The notes below the pieces were generated by a model. The model worked only from the letters and a program-made list of their open reading frames with translations. It was not told the origin of the DNA and did not search any database. A DNA stretch of 64,000 nucleotides, taken from contig JADFXH010000002.1 in the NCBI GenBank assembly GCA_015233675.1, positions 78,794 through 142,793 of the forward strand, read 5' to 3'. The stretch comes from Candidatus Omnitrophota bacterium (GTDB lineage: Bacteria > Omnitrophota > Gorgyraeia > Zapsychrales > Fredricksoniimonadaceae). This document shows, piece by piece, positions 20,323-29,531 of the stretch (position 1 is the first letter of the stretch; each line of letters starts with the position of its first letter). The position numbers were made by a program, and so were the translations under genes.

Positions 20323-22024
20323 AGTCCAGTTACTTTTTGTTCTGTGTTCTTTGTGTATTTGCTCTGCTGTTCAAGGAGCATATGCCGCAACCAGCCGCTT
20401 CGGCGGCAGCCTTGTCCTTGCCACTTCTTCTGATCCTAAGACGTTTAACGATATCGTCTCAACCGATGTCAACAGCGCAACGGTTACATCCTTGATTTTT
20501 GAAGGATTGACTACGGCGGATCCTTTTACTTTAAAAGTTATTCCTAATTTAGCTAAATCCTGGGATGTCAGTCCCGATGGACTTCAATGGACTTTCCATT
20601 TAAGGGAAGACGTCAGATGGTCTGACGGGGTGAGTTTTGGCGCGGATGATGTGGTGTTTACTTTTAATGGCCTGATTTATAATCCGGATATCCCTTCCTC
20701 GTCTAAGGATGTTTTGACCGTTGACGGTAAACCGTTGAAAGTTGAAAAAATAGATGAACATACGGTATGTTTTACCTTGCCGGTAAAATTTGCGCCGTTT
20801 TTAAGGGCCATGGGGCAGACGATCTTGCCCCAACATTGTTTGTTTCAAGCTGTAAAACAAAAGAAATTCTCTTTTACCTGGGGCATTGATACTCCGCCGG
20901 AGCAGATTGTAGGCACCGGCCCCTTTATGCTAAGCGAGTATCATCCGGGTGAGCGTTTGATATTCAAGCGCAATCCCCGCTACTGGAAAAGATCCCCGCA
21001 AGGTGAAGCTCTTCCTTATTTGGACCAAGTGATTTATTTAATCATTCCGGACGCTCAAGCCCAGCTGTTAAAATTTATAGATGGTGAACTTGATGCCGCG
21101 TCAGTGAGCGGCAGCGAGTATCCTTTACTTAAGCCTTTGGAGGAGCAAAAGAATTTTCATATTCACGAGGCCGGAGCTAATTATGACAGTAATTTTGTGA
21201 CTTTTAACCAAAACGTCTCTATTAATCCTAAAACCCGCCGGCCTTTTGTAGATCCTGTCAAGTTGTCCTGGTTTGCCAATTTAAAATTCCGTCGGGCTAT
21301 TGCGCATGCGATTGACAAAAGGAAAATTATAGAGATCCTCAATAATGGTTTCGGCCAACCCCAGAACGGGCCTATGAGCCCTAGCAGCGGGTTTTTTTAT
21401 GATCCTGATGTGACGGTTTATGATTATAATCTGGAAAAAGCGAGGATGATCCTGCAACAGGCCGGTTTTAAATATCGCCGGGGGCATGAGACGCTCGAGG
21501 ATCCTTCGGGACATCCGGTAGAATTTAATTTATATACCGCGAATGCCAATACCGCTGGGCGTGAGCAAATGGCGGCTATCATACGATCGGATTTGGGGGC
21601 AATCGGCATGAAGGTCAATTTAGTGCCGGTAGAATTCAATACTTTGGTTAATAAATTGATGTCTTCTTTTGATTGGGATATGGTCATGATAGGATTAAGC
21701 GGCGGCGTGGAGCCGCATTTTGGTCAAAACGTCTGGAAGTCTTCCGGCGGTCTGCATTTATGGGCCCCTCGTCAGGATAAGCCCGCAACTGCCTGGGAGG
21801 CGCGCATGGACGAAATTTATGATCTGGGGGCTCAGGAGCTGGATGAAAATAAGCGCAAAGTCTTATATGACGAATTTCAGCGTATCGTGGCAGACCAACT
21901 GCCGGTGATTTATACGGTTTTAAACATCGACATGTACGCCGTGCGTAATAAATTTGGAAACCTAAAACCCACCGTCAACGGAGGGGCGTTTCATAATATC
22001 GAGGAGATTTATATAAAGAGATAG
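20309..22024 (+). CDS. ABC transporter substrate-binding protein, family 5 (peptide/nickel type)
   Basis: N-terminal signal peptide (LLFVLCSLCICSAVQGAYA). The protein has SBP_bac_5-like length and sits directly upstream of the two permease and two ATPase genes. Confidence 0.85.
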   Translation: MPRNKVQLLFVLCSLCICSAVQGAYAATSRFGGSLVLATSSDPKTFNDIVSTDVNSATVTSLIFEGLTTADPFTLKVIPNLAKSWDVSPDGLQWTFHLREDVRWSDGVSFGADDVVFTFNGLIYNPDIPSSSKDVLTVDGKPLKVEKIDEHTVCFTLPVKFAPFLRAMGQTILPQHCLFQAVKQKKFSFTWGIDTPPEQIVGTGPFMLSEYHPGERLIFKRNPRYWKRSPQGEALPYLDQVIYLIIPDAQAQLLKFIDGELDAASVSGSEYPLLKPLEEQKNFHIHEAGANYDSNFVTFNQNVSINPKTRRPFVDPVKLSWFANLKFRRAIAHAIDKRKIIEILNNGFGQPQNGPMSPSSGFFYDPDVTVYDYNLEKARMILQQAGFKYRRGHETLEDPSGHPVEFNLYTANANTAGREQMAAIIRSDLGAIGMKVNLVPVEFNTLVNKLMSSFDWDMVMIGLSGGVEPHFGQNVWKSSGGLHLWAPRQDKPATAWEARMDEIYDLGAQELDENKRKVLYDEFQRIVADQLPVIYTVLNIDMYAVRNKFGNLKPTVNGGAFHNIEEIYIKR

Positions 22025-22032
22025 AAGAATAA

Positions 22033-22052
22033 GGGCCGAATAGATTCGGTCC
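22033..22052 (+). terminator. Weak hairpin after the SBP gene (possible attenuator or partial terminator)
   Basis: gggccgaa-taga-ttcggtcc forms an 8-bp stem with one G-U pair, followed by gttaaagtttt. It begins 9 nt after the stop codon. Confidence 0.3.
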
Positions 22053-22086
22053 GTTAAAGTTTTGAGCAAGTAAAAGATTTTATTTC

Positions 22087-22125
22087 CCCCTCTTTTTTAT
22101 AAAGAGGGGTTAGGGGAGTTTAAGG
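22087..22125. repeat. Left terminal inverted repeat of the DUF559 cassette
   Basis: cccctcttttttataaagaggggttaggggagtttaagg. The outer end is itself a 9-bp-stem hairpin (cccctcttt / aaagagggg). Confidence 0.9.
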
Positions 22126-22133
22126 TTGAAGCA

Positions 22134-22511
22134 ATGAAGACTTTTAACCGTGAAGCAACAAAAGAAAAACGGAAAGAACTAAGGAAGAATCAAACAGACG
22201 CGGAAAGAGTGCTTTGGAATATATTAAGGAACAAACAAATGGGCGGGTATAAATTTTTTAGGCAATACGGCATAGGATCTTATATTGCTGACTTTTATTG
22301 TCCGTTATTAAAAGTGGTTATAGAAGTGGATGGCGGGCAGCATTATAGTGAAGAAGCAGTGGCGCACGATCGTAAAAGGGAAGAATTCTTGAAGGGGGCA
22401 GGTATAAGAGTGATCCGGTTTAATAATTTGGATATTTTAAAGAATATAGAGGGAGTTTTCGAATGCATTCAAAAAGAACTCTCCCTAAACTCCCCTAACC
22501 CCTCTTTATAA
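22134..22511 (+). CDS. DUF559 domain protein (Vsr/restriction-endonuclease-like fold)
   Basis: TDAERVLWNILRNK, YKFFRQYGIGSYIADFYCP, KVVIEVDGGQH, DRKREEFLKGAGIRVIRFNN. The last ~9 codons (SLNSPNPSL) and the stop codon are encoded by the right TIR. Confidence 0.9.
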   Translation: MKTFNREATKEKRKELRKNQTDAERVLWNILRNKQMGGYKFFRQYGIGSYIADFYCPLLKVVIEVDGGQHYSEEAVAHDRKREEFLKGAGIRVIRFNNLDILKNIEGVFECIQKELSLNSPNPSL

Positions 22512-22521
22512 GAAAGAGGGG
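22483..22521. repeat. Right terminal inverted repeat of the DUF559 cassette
   Basis: ccctaaactcccctaacccctctttataagaaagagggg. Its reverse complement differs from the left TIR at 2 of 39 positions. The TAA stop of the ORF lies in the hairpin loop. Confidence 0.9.
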
Positions 22522-22557
22522 AAAGAATTTGATACACAAAGAGGTGGAATTCACTTG

Positions 22558-23535
22558 ATGATGCTAAAGCACGTTTTTTATCGTCTATGTTCCACTATGC
22601 TGCTGTTGCTGGCGGTCAGCTTTTTTACTTTCTGGCTGATGCACGCAACTCCGGGGAATTTTTTTGACAGCTTGCGTTTAAATCCTCAAATTTCTCAGGA
22701 GACGGTCGCCCGTTATGAAAAACTTTATCACCTTAATGATCCGCTGCTTGTTCAGTACGGACATTGGATTATTAATATCTTACACGGAGAGTGGGGGTAT
22801 TCTTTTTATTATAATGTACCCGTTACCCATGTCTTAGGCGGCCGTTTGTTTAACACCTTTATTTTGTCTTTTACCAGTTTGCTTTTGACTTGGGGCGCGG
22901 CCATTCCGCTTGGTATATGGGCGGCACTCAGGCGCAATCAATGGGTTGACCGGACCCTTTCTGTTTTTTCCTTTGCCGCTTTTTCCACACCGAGTTTCTT
23001 TTTGGCTGTGCTGGTTTTATATGCGGCCAGCCGCTGGGGAGTTCTCCCTTTAGGCGGCATGCATAGCCCCCATTATGATTCCATGACCATCATCGAGAAA
23101 ATTAGGGACACCGCGCTTCATCTGATAATTCCGGCTGGAGTCCTTTCCTTATCCAGCATGGCTTCTTTGCAGAGGATCATGCGCGGTAATATGTTGGGTG
23201 TTTTACGCCAGCAGTATATTTTGGCGGCCCGCGCTAAAGGGTTGCCGGAAGGTGTGGTTATTTATCGTCATGCCCTGCGCAATGCGTTTAATCCCCTGGT
23301 CACTCTTTTAGGGTATGAATTTGCTTCTCTTTTAAGCGGGGCCGCTTTGATAGAAATTGTTTGCTCCTGGCCTGGACTGGGCTCTTTGCTTCTAACTGCG
23401 GTACGGTCCAAGGATGTTTATTTGGTGATGAGCAGCACCTTATTAGCGGGAGTTCTTTTGATCGTTGGCAATATTTTGGCTGATATTTTGTTGACCTTGG
23501 TTGATCCGCGTATCCGTTACGGGGCAAGAAAGTAG
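22558..23535 (+). CDS. ABC transporter permease (DppB/OppB-like)
   Basis: Six-TM BPD_transp_1 protein with the EAA-type loop AARAKGLPEGVVIYRHALRNA. SD gaggtgg lies 11 nt upstream of ATG 22558. Confidence 0.9.
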   Translation: MMLKHVFYRLCSTMLLLLAVSFFTFWLMHATPGNFFDSLRLNPQISQETVARYEKLYHLNDPLLVQYGHWIINILHGEWGYSFYYNVPVTHVLGGRLFNTFILSFTSLLLTWGAAIPLGIWAALRRNQWVDRTLSVFSFAAFSTPSFFLAVLVLYAASRWGVLPLGGMHSPHYDSMTIIEKIRDTALHLIIPAGVLSLSSMASLQRIMRGNMLGVLRQQYILAARAKGLPEGVVIYRHALRNAFNPLVTLLGYEFASLLSGAALIEIVCSWPGLGSLLLTAVRSKDVYLVMSSTLLAGVLLIVGNILADILLTLVDPRIRYGARK

Positions 23536-23549
23536 TCAGCAAGGAGAGT

Positions 23550-24596
23550 ATGAAAAAAATATTTAATCATAATAGCCGTATAGAGCAGGCGTTTGCGTCT
23601 TTTCACTGCAACCGATTAAGCATGCTTTGTCTATGGGTTTTGGTGATTTTGTACGGGTTGGCTATTTTTGCTGATTTTATATGCCCCTATTCCTATAAAG
23701 ATGAAGATCGGGATTTTTCTTATTGTCCTCCGACGGCTGTTGAGTTTTGGGACCATGGCCGATGGGAGCGTCCTTTTGTCCATGGCAGGGCCTTGACTTT
23801 TAATTCTGTCCATCGACGGGTATATGTGATTGACTTATCCCGCAAGTATCCGTTACATTTTTTAAAAGGGGGACGCCTTTTCACTGTGGATGCGCCGGGC
23901 CGTTTTTATTTATGGGGCGCGGATGCGCGCGGGCGTGATTTGTTCTCACGCGTTTGGTATGGAGCAAGGATCTCTTTGTCTATCGGGCTATTGGGCGTTG
24001 CTATCTCTTTTATACTGGGCCTTTTGATTGGCGGTATTGCAGGATATTATGGCGGTTGGGTGGATCGTGTTTTGATGCGTCTATGTGAAATGTTTATGAT
24101 GATTCCCGGGTTTTATTTGATGCTGGCCTTGAGGGCGGCGGTTCCGGAAAATTTTAATTCCGTACAAGTGTATGTGAGTGTCGTTGTCATTTTGTCCCTG
24201 ATCGGATGGGCATCTTTAGCGCGTATTATCCGTGGCATGGCGCTTTCTTTGCGCGAGCGGGATTTTGTATTGGTTGCGAAATCTCTTGGAGTTCCAGACA
24301 TTGTCATTATTCTTAAACATATTCTGCCCCAGACGGTCTCCTATTCAATGGCCACCTTGATGTTGACGGTTTCATCGTATATTTTGGCGGAAGCGGGATT
24401 AAGTGTGGTAGGTTTGGGGATCCAGGACCCTGTCCCAAGTTGGGGCAACTTGCTTTCAGATGCCATGGGGATAGTGCCGGTCATTTTTGCTCCCTGGATA
24501 TTGCTGCCGGGACTTTTTATTTTTATCGCGGTGATGTGTTTTAATGTCATCGGGGATACGCTGCGTGATGCTTTGGACCCGATGTTTCGTGATTGA
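23550..24596 (+). CDS. ABC transporter permease (DppC/OppC-like)
   Basis: OppC-type N-terminal extension plus BPD_transp_1 core. EAA-type loop VAKSLGVPDIVIILKHILPQ. Confidence 0.9.
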   Translation: MKKIFNHNSRIEQAFASFHCNRLSMLCLWVLVILYGLAIFADFICPYSYKDEDRDFSYCPPTAVEFWDHGRWERPFVHGRALTFNSVHRRVYVIDLSRKYPLHFLKGGRLFTVDAPGRFYLWGADARGRDLFSRVWYGARISLSIGLLGVAISFILGLLIGGIAGYYGGWVDRVLMRLCEMFMMIPGFYLMLALRAAVPENFNSVQVYVSVVVILSLIGWASLARIIRGMALSLRERDFVLVAKSLGVPDIVIILKHILPQTVSYSMATLMLTVSSYILAEAGLSVVGLGIQDPVPSWGNLLSDAMGIVPVIFAPWILLPGLFIFIAVMCFNVIGDTLRDALDPMFRD

Positions 24597-24597
24597 T

Positions 24598-25362
24598 ATG
24601 AAAGAACTTTTATCAATAGAAAATTTAACCGTTGCCGCAGGTTCTAAACTGCTTGTGGATCAGGTGTCCTTTGATGTGCCTAAGGGCAAAATCGTGGCTA
24701 TTGCAGGAGGGTCCGGCAGCGGCAAGACCACGATCGGGTTATCTATTTTACGTTTGTTGGCATCTCCTTTGAGCATCAGGCAGGGTAGCATTTTTTTTGA
24801 GGGCCGAAATCTGCTGGAACTTTCCGATGAAGAGATCCGCCGGTGCCGGGGAGCCCGTATAGGCGTGGTTTTTCAGGAGCCTTTAAGCGCTTTTGATCCT
24901 TTGTTTACCATTGGCCGGCAATTAGATGAAACTTTAGTTGCTCATACGAAAATGTCCAAACAAGAACGATATAAAAAGATTCTAGGAATCCTATCTGAGG
25001 TGGAATTGTCCAACCCTCAACGTGCTTATGAAAGTTATCCGCACCAGTTAAGCGGCGGTATGCGCCAGCGTGCCATGGTCGCTCAGGCCATGGTTTGCGG
25101 GCCTTCTTTAATTATTGCTGATGAGCCCACCAGCAGTTTGGATGTAACTTTGCAAGTCAAGATTGCCGGAATTTTGGACAGTTTAAAAAAGAAGGATGTG
25201 TCCGTTTTGCTTATCTCCCATGATTTAGGGATGATTTCGCATGTGGCGGATGAAGTTATCATTCTTTGTCAGGGCAAAATGGTGGAACAGGGGCCTGCAC
25301 GCCAGGTGATAGATTCTCCTCGGCACGAGTACACAAGACAACTAGTATTGGCAACGATGTAA
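24598..25362 (+). CDS. ABC transporter ATP-binding protein (DppD/OppD-like)
   Basis: Walker A GGSGSGKTT, signature LSGGMRQR, Walker B IIADEPTSSLD. ATG 24598 follows directly after the upstream stop. The 24544 call is an upstream extension. Confidence 0.9.
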   Translation: MKELLSIENLTVAAGSKLLVDQVSFDVPKGKIVAIAGGSGSGKTTIGLSILRLLASPLSIRQGSIFFEGRNLLELSDEEIRRCRGARIGVVFQEPLSAFDPLFTIGRQLDETLVAHTKMSKQERYKKILGILSEVELSNPQRAYESYPHQLSGGMRQRAMVAQAMVCGPSLIIADEPTSSLDVTLQVKIAGILDSLKKKDVSVLLISHDLGMISHVADEVIILCQGKMVEQGPARQVIDSPRHEYTRQLVLATM

Positions 25363-25381
25363 CAGGGGGAATGGTTTTTAA

Positions 25382-26098
25382 ATGAGCGTCTTGCAAGTTC
25401 AAAATGTAGTGAAGTTTTTCGGGAACCTTCGCGCTGTCGATGATGTCAGCTTTGCTTTGGAACATGGTGATAATTTAGCCATTATAGGCGAATCCGGGTG
25501 CGGCAAGACAACGCTTGCGAAAATGATCATGGGCCTGACAATCCCTGATACAGGTTTCGTAAAGTCAGAAGCAAATAACCTGCAGATGGTTTTTCAGGAC
25601 CCCAATGGATCTCTGGATCCTTTATGGAATGTTCGGGAAATTTTAAAAGAAGCGTTATGGCGGGACCATTTTTTAACAGCTAGACAAGTCCAAGAAAGAT
25701 TGGAAGGAATGCTTTTAGCCGTAGGCCTTTCGCCCTGCGTGTTACAACGTTTTCCTCATGAGTTTAGCGGTGGGGAGCGCCAGCGCATCGCCATTGCCCG
25801 GGCACTTTTAGCGTCTTGTAAGGTGCTTGTTTTGGATGAAGCTGTTTCAGCATTGGATACCTTGGTGCAAAAGCAGATCATAGACCTTTTAAAGAAATTG
25901 AAACAAGACTTTAATCTCACCTATATATTTATTTCTCATAATTTACGTCTGGTACGGAATTTTAGTGATAAAATAATCGTCATGTATCAGGGCAAGATAG
26001 TTGAGCAGGGCAGAACACAGGCAGTCCTGCAATCTCCTTCACATCCCTATACGCAACAATTGTTGGAAGCGGCGTTTTATCCGAAAGAAAAATTATGA
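25382..26098 (+). CDS. ABC transporter ATP-binding protein (DppF/OppF-like)
   Basis: Walker A GESGCGKTT, signature FSGGERQR, Walker B LVLDEAVSALD. Confidence 0.9.
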   Translation: MSVLQVQNVVKFFGNLRAVDDVSFALEHGDNLAIIGESGCGKTTLAKMIMGLTIPDTGFVKSEANNLQMVFQDPNGSLDPLWNVREILKEALWRDHFLTARQVQERLEGMLLAVGLSPCVLQRFPHEFSGGERQRIAIARALLASCKVLVLDEAVSALDTLVQKQIIDLLKKLKQDFNLTYIFISHNLRLVRNFSDKIIVMYQGKIVEQGRTQAVLQSPSHPYTQQLLEAAFYPKEKL

Positions 26099-28263
26099 GC
26101 GAACGGTTTTGGAAAAATCTTAGTACGGCTCTTGGTTGGCTGTCCATTGGCATGCTTTTTGGCCTGGTCACTTTTACTTCCAGCCTTGAAATTAAGGATT
26201 TGGATCTATGGCTGCATTTGAGAATGGGCTATTGGATTTGTCACAACGGGTTTGTGCCAAATTATGATGTTCTTTCCTGCACCATTTCCGGAAAACCATG
26301 GGTCAATCATGAGTGGTTATTTCAAGTCTTGGTTTATCTGGTACAAAAAACTCATGGTTTCAATGGGCTTATTTCCATGCAGTCTTTTGTGGTGGCACTG
26401 ACATTCTTGGTGTTGTTGTTCTTGGGCTATAGCCGGGACCGCCAGTTACTGACGGTGATTTCCCTTTTAATGGTCCTGATGGTCTATCAAAGCCGCTTTA
26501 CCATCCGTCCGGATATTTTCAGCCTTTTATTTTTTGTGATCGATATTTATTTGCTTTCATTGCACTTAAATAAACGCTGGGCGCTTTATGCCCTGGTGAT
26601 TATACAGATACTGTGGTCGAATATGCACGGCTTTTTCTTTTTCGGACCGGTATTAGCGGGCGTTGGTATCCTTTCAGAGTTTATCAAACGCCGGCTGCCC
26701 TTACCCTATGAATGGAATACGGCAGGTCGTTTAAACGATGAGGAATATAATTCGCTGAAGAGAATTTTTCCGCTTTTGATCCTGGCTTCCTGTGTTAATC
26801 CTCTGACATTTAAGGGGGCGTGGTATCCGTTAAGTGTTTTTTTCCATTTAGGGGGGGATACTAAAATATTTTTTAACAATATTGTCGAGTTACAAAGACC
26901 GTTCACTTCAGGTACGGTTTTTACCGAAAGATACCTTTATTATAAAATCCTGATTATTGTTTCCGCCGTTAGTTTTGTCTTTAACCGCCGTAAAGTTGAC
27001 ATCAGCAGTCTTTTGATATGGGCTCTTTTTTTAGGGTTTTCTTTAGTGGCCATCCGTAATCTGATTTATTTTGCGGCAGCAGCATATATGGTTTTGATGG
27101 TTAATGTGATTTCTATCTCCTGGGAAAACCTGGTTCCTTTGCGTTTTACTTCCTTTAAATTCAAGAATATTACAGGGATCGCCTGTAAGTTATTGCTTAT
27201 GCTTTGGATGTTAAACTTTAGCATGGGAATGATGAGCAACGGGTATTTCGATTTTGATACATATTACCGTAAAAGCGAATTTTTTGGCGTTTCTAAGCGG
27301 GTTTATCCTTACAAGGCCGTGGATTTTCTCCTGCTAGAGAAAATTAAAGGTAACTTTTTTAATGATTTTAACTCTGGAGCCTATTTAATCGGCAGGGTGA
27401 GCCCGAATATTAAAGTCTTTATCGACGGCCGCACAGAAGTTTACGGGGCCAATTTTTTTGAGACTTACCAGAAAATATGGCAGGCAGGTAATGCTAAAAT
27501 TTTTACCGAATTCGAACGAAAACATAACATCACTGGGGCTTTTTTGAATAATTCACATCAGCAGATCCCCAGGGGAGCCCTTAAAATGTTTCATTCTTTT
27601 AAAAATTGGTCCATTGTTTATTTGGATGATGACGCGGTCATTTTTTTAAAACAGACACCTTACAATAAACCCTTCATTGACCGGTTGTCCGTAGATTTGT
27701 CCAAGTGGAAGCCCAAGCCTATGGATCTTTTAAGATTGGGGACAAAACGTGTTGATCCGTTTCCTTTTACAAGCAGGGCCTATATCTTGGAAATACTTGG
27801 GGCTGACGAGGCGGCTATCAATGAGTCTAAAGAAGCCCTTCGGGTGGCGCCTGATTGCCCGTCAGCCTACAATATGATGGGTAAAATTTATAACAAACGT
27901 AAGGACTATAAAAAAGCATTTGAATGTTATCGGTTGGGAACCATGTATTCAGGTGAAACGCAGGCGCGCTTAGGTTTAGCCCAAGCTTATGAGAATTTAA
28001 ATGAGTACAATGAAGCGATCGGCCAGTATCAAAGGGTGATTGATGTTTCTCCCAAAGATGTTCAGGGGTATTTTGGTTTGGCACGGACCTATGCCGAAGC
28101 AGGTCAGGATAAAAAAGCTTTAGACTTAGTTGCCCAAGCTCCTAAATTGGGATTAGAGGATAAGGTTGATGTTCAGAAAATTCATGATATTATAAATAAA
28201 AGAAAAAACAAACAGGGCGCCCTGAAGCATCCTTTATTAAGGAAGGGCGTTGGCTCGACCTAA
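26095..28263 (+). CDS. Polytopic membrane protein with a C-terminal TPR domain (function unknown; glycosyltransferase-C-like topology)
   Basis: About 12 or more hydrophobic helices in the first ~400 aa. The C-terminal ~170 aa carries TPR-like repeats (AYNMMGKIYNKRKDYKKAFECY, LGLAQAYENLNEYNEAIGQYQRVI, YFGLARTYAEAGQDKKALDL). ATGA overlap with the upstream ATPase gene. Confidence 0.6.
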   Translation: MSERFWKNLSTALGWLSIGMLFGLVTFTSSLEIKDLDLWLHLRMGYWICHNGFVPNYDVLSCTISGKPWVNHEWLFQVLVYLVQKTHGFNGLISMQSFVVALTFLVLLFLGYSRDRQLLTVISLLMVLMVYQSRFTIRPDIFSLLFFVIDIYLLSLHLNKRWALYALVIIQILWSNMHGFFFFGPVLAGVGILSEFIKRRLPLPYEWNTAGRLNDEEYNSLKRIFPLLILASCVNPLTFKGAWYPLSVFFHLGGDTKIFFNNIVELQRPFTSGTVFTERYLYYKILIIVSAVSFVFNRRKVDISSLLIWALFLGFSLVAIRNLIYFAAAAYMVLMVNVISISWENLVPLRFTSFKFKNITGIACKLLLMLWMLNFSMGMMSNGYFDFDTYYRKSEFFGVSKRVYPYKAVDFLLLEKIKGNFFNDFNSGAYLIGRVSPNIKVFIDGRTEVYGANFFETYQKIWQAGNAKIFTEFERKHNITGAFLNNSHQQIPRGALKMFHSFKNWSIVYLDDDAVIFLKQTPYNKPFIDRLSVDLSKWKPKPMDLLRLGTKRVDPFPFTSRAYILEILGADEAAINESKEALRVAPDCPSAYNMMGKIYNKRKDYKKAFECYRLGTMYSGETQARLGLAQAYENLNEYNEAIGQYQRVIDVSPKDVQGYFGLARTYAEAGQDKKALDLVAQAPKLGLEDKVDVQKIHDIINKRKNKQGALKHPLLRKGVGST

Positions 28264-28312
28264 TCAATGGGAAGGCTTAGTGGAATTATAAGGAAGAAAG
28301 CGATTTAATACA

Positions 28313-29518
28313 ATGCGAGATGCGTTGACGTTTATTTTAGCCGGGGGTAAAGGCGAACGTTTAGACCCATTGACCCGTGACAGGGCCAAGCCCGCGGTGC
28401 CTTTCGGGGGGATTTATCGCATTGTTGATTTTTCACTTTCTAATTGTGTCAATTCCGGACTTCGCCGTATTTTTCTTTTGACCCAGTACAAATCATTTTC
28501 CCTGCAGCGGCATATCCTGGAGGGTTGGAATATCTATTCTAATCAATTAGGGGAATTTATCGATGTTGTTCCGGCTCAGCAGCGCATTTCCAGCGACTGG
28601 TACCGCGGCACTGCGGATGCCATTTATCAGAATTTGAACATGGTGGGTGATTATGATCCTAAAAGGGTGTTAATTTTAGCGGGAGATCATGTTTATAAAA
28701 TGGATTATCGCCGGTTGATGGAATTCCATTTGAGTAAGGGCGCAGACATGTCGGTGGCATGCATCACGATGCCTAAAAATGATTCTATCCATTTTGGGGT
28801 CGTGGAAGTCAATAAACAGAACATGGTTATTGGATTTCAGGAAAAGCCTGAAAAGCCAAAGACCATTCCTTCCAGTCCGGGAGAGATTTTTGGTTCCATG
28901 GGGATTTATTTATTTAATACGGATATACTTAAAAAAGAACTAGTTGCAGACGCATCAAAGATTGATTCTGATCATGATTTTGGAAAGAATATTATTCCTC
29001 AGATGGTGGCTAAAAAATTAAAAGTGTACGCCTATGATTTCGCTAGGGAAAACGAAGCATCATCATACTGGAGGGACATCGGTACTCGTGATTCGTATTA
29101 TCAGGCGAACATGGACCTTTGCGGGGCGAAGCCTAAATTTAATTTGTATGACAAGGCATGGCCTTTGCGCACCTATCATCATCATTACCCTCCGCTGAGG
29201 GTTTATACGACCGGCAAGACATCGGGCACCATTGTTGATTCACTTGTTGCAGGAGGATGTGTTTTGGAAAGCTGTCATATTGATCACTCGGTTGTTTCTA
29301 ACAATGTGATGATCAGAGACGGGGTTATGATAAAGAATTCTGTGATTATGGATAGTGTTACAATCGGCAAGGGAGCCCATATCCAGGGAGCTATAATTGA
29401 TAAAGATGTGGATATTCCCGCAGGAACAAAAATTGGTTTTGATCCGGCCTTGGACCGCCAGCGTTTTGTGCTGACCACATCCGGTATAGCTATTGTTGCA
29501 AAAAAAACGTCTATATGA
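28313..29518 (+). CDS. glgC: Glucose-1-phosphate adenylyltransferase
   Basis: LAGGKGERLDPLTRDRAKPAVPFGG, WYRGTADA, and a C-terminal left-handed beta-helix region. Confidence 0.9.
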   Translation: MRDALTFILAGGKGERLDPLTRDRAKPAVPFGGIYRIVDFSLSNCVNSGLRRIFLLTQYKSFSLQRHILEGWNIYSNQLGEFIDVVPAQQRISSDWYRGTADAIYQNLNMVGDYDPKRVLILAGDHVYKMDYRRLMEFHLSKGADMSVACITMPKNDSIHFGVVEVNKQNMVIGFQEKPEKPKTIPSSPGEIFGSMGIYLFNTDILKKELVADASKIDSDHDFGKNIIPQMVAKKLKVYAYDFARENEASSYWRDIGTRDSYYQANMDLCGAKPKFNLYDKAWPLRTYHHHYPPLRVYTTGKTSGTIVDSLVAGGCVLESCHIDHSVVSNNVMIRDGVMIKNSVIMDSVTIGKGAHIQGAIIDKDVDIPAGTKIGFDPALDRQRFVLTTSGIAIVAKKTSI

Positions 29519-29531
29519 TATTCTTTCGCCT

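Larger units (their letters stand above)
22087..22521 (+). mobile_element. TIR-bounded DUF559 endonuclease cassette (435 bp)
   Basis: 39-bp terminal inverted repeats at 22087-22125 and 22483-22521 are 37/39 identical and enclose a single DUF559 ORF. The unit lies in the 533-bp spacer between the SBP and permease genes. Confidence 0.55.
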
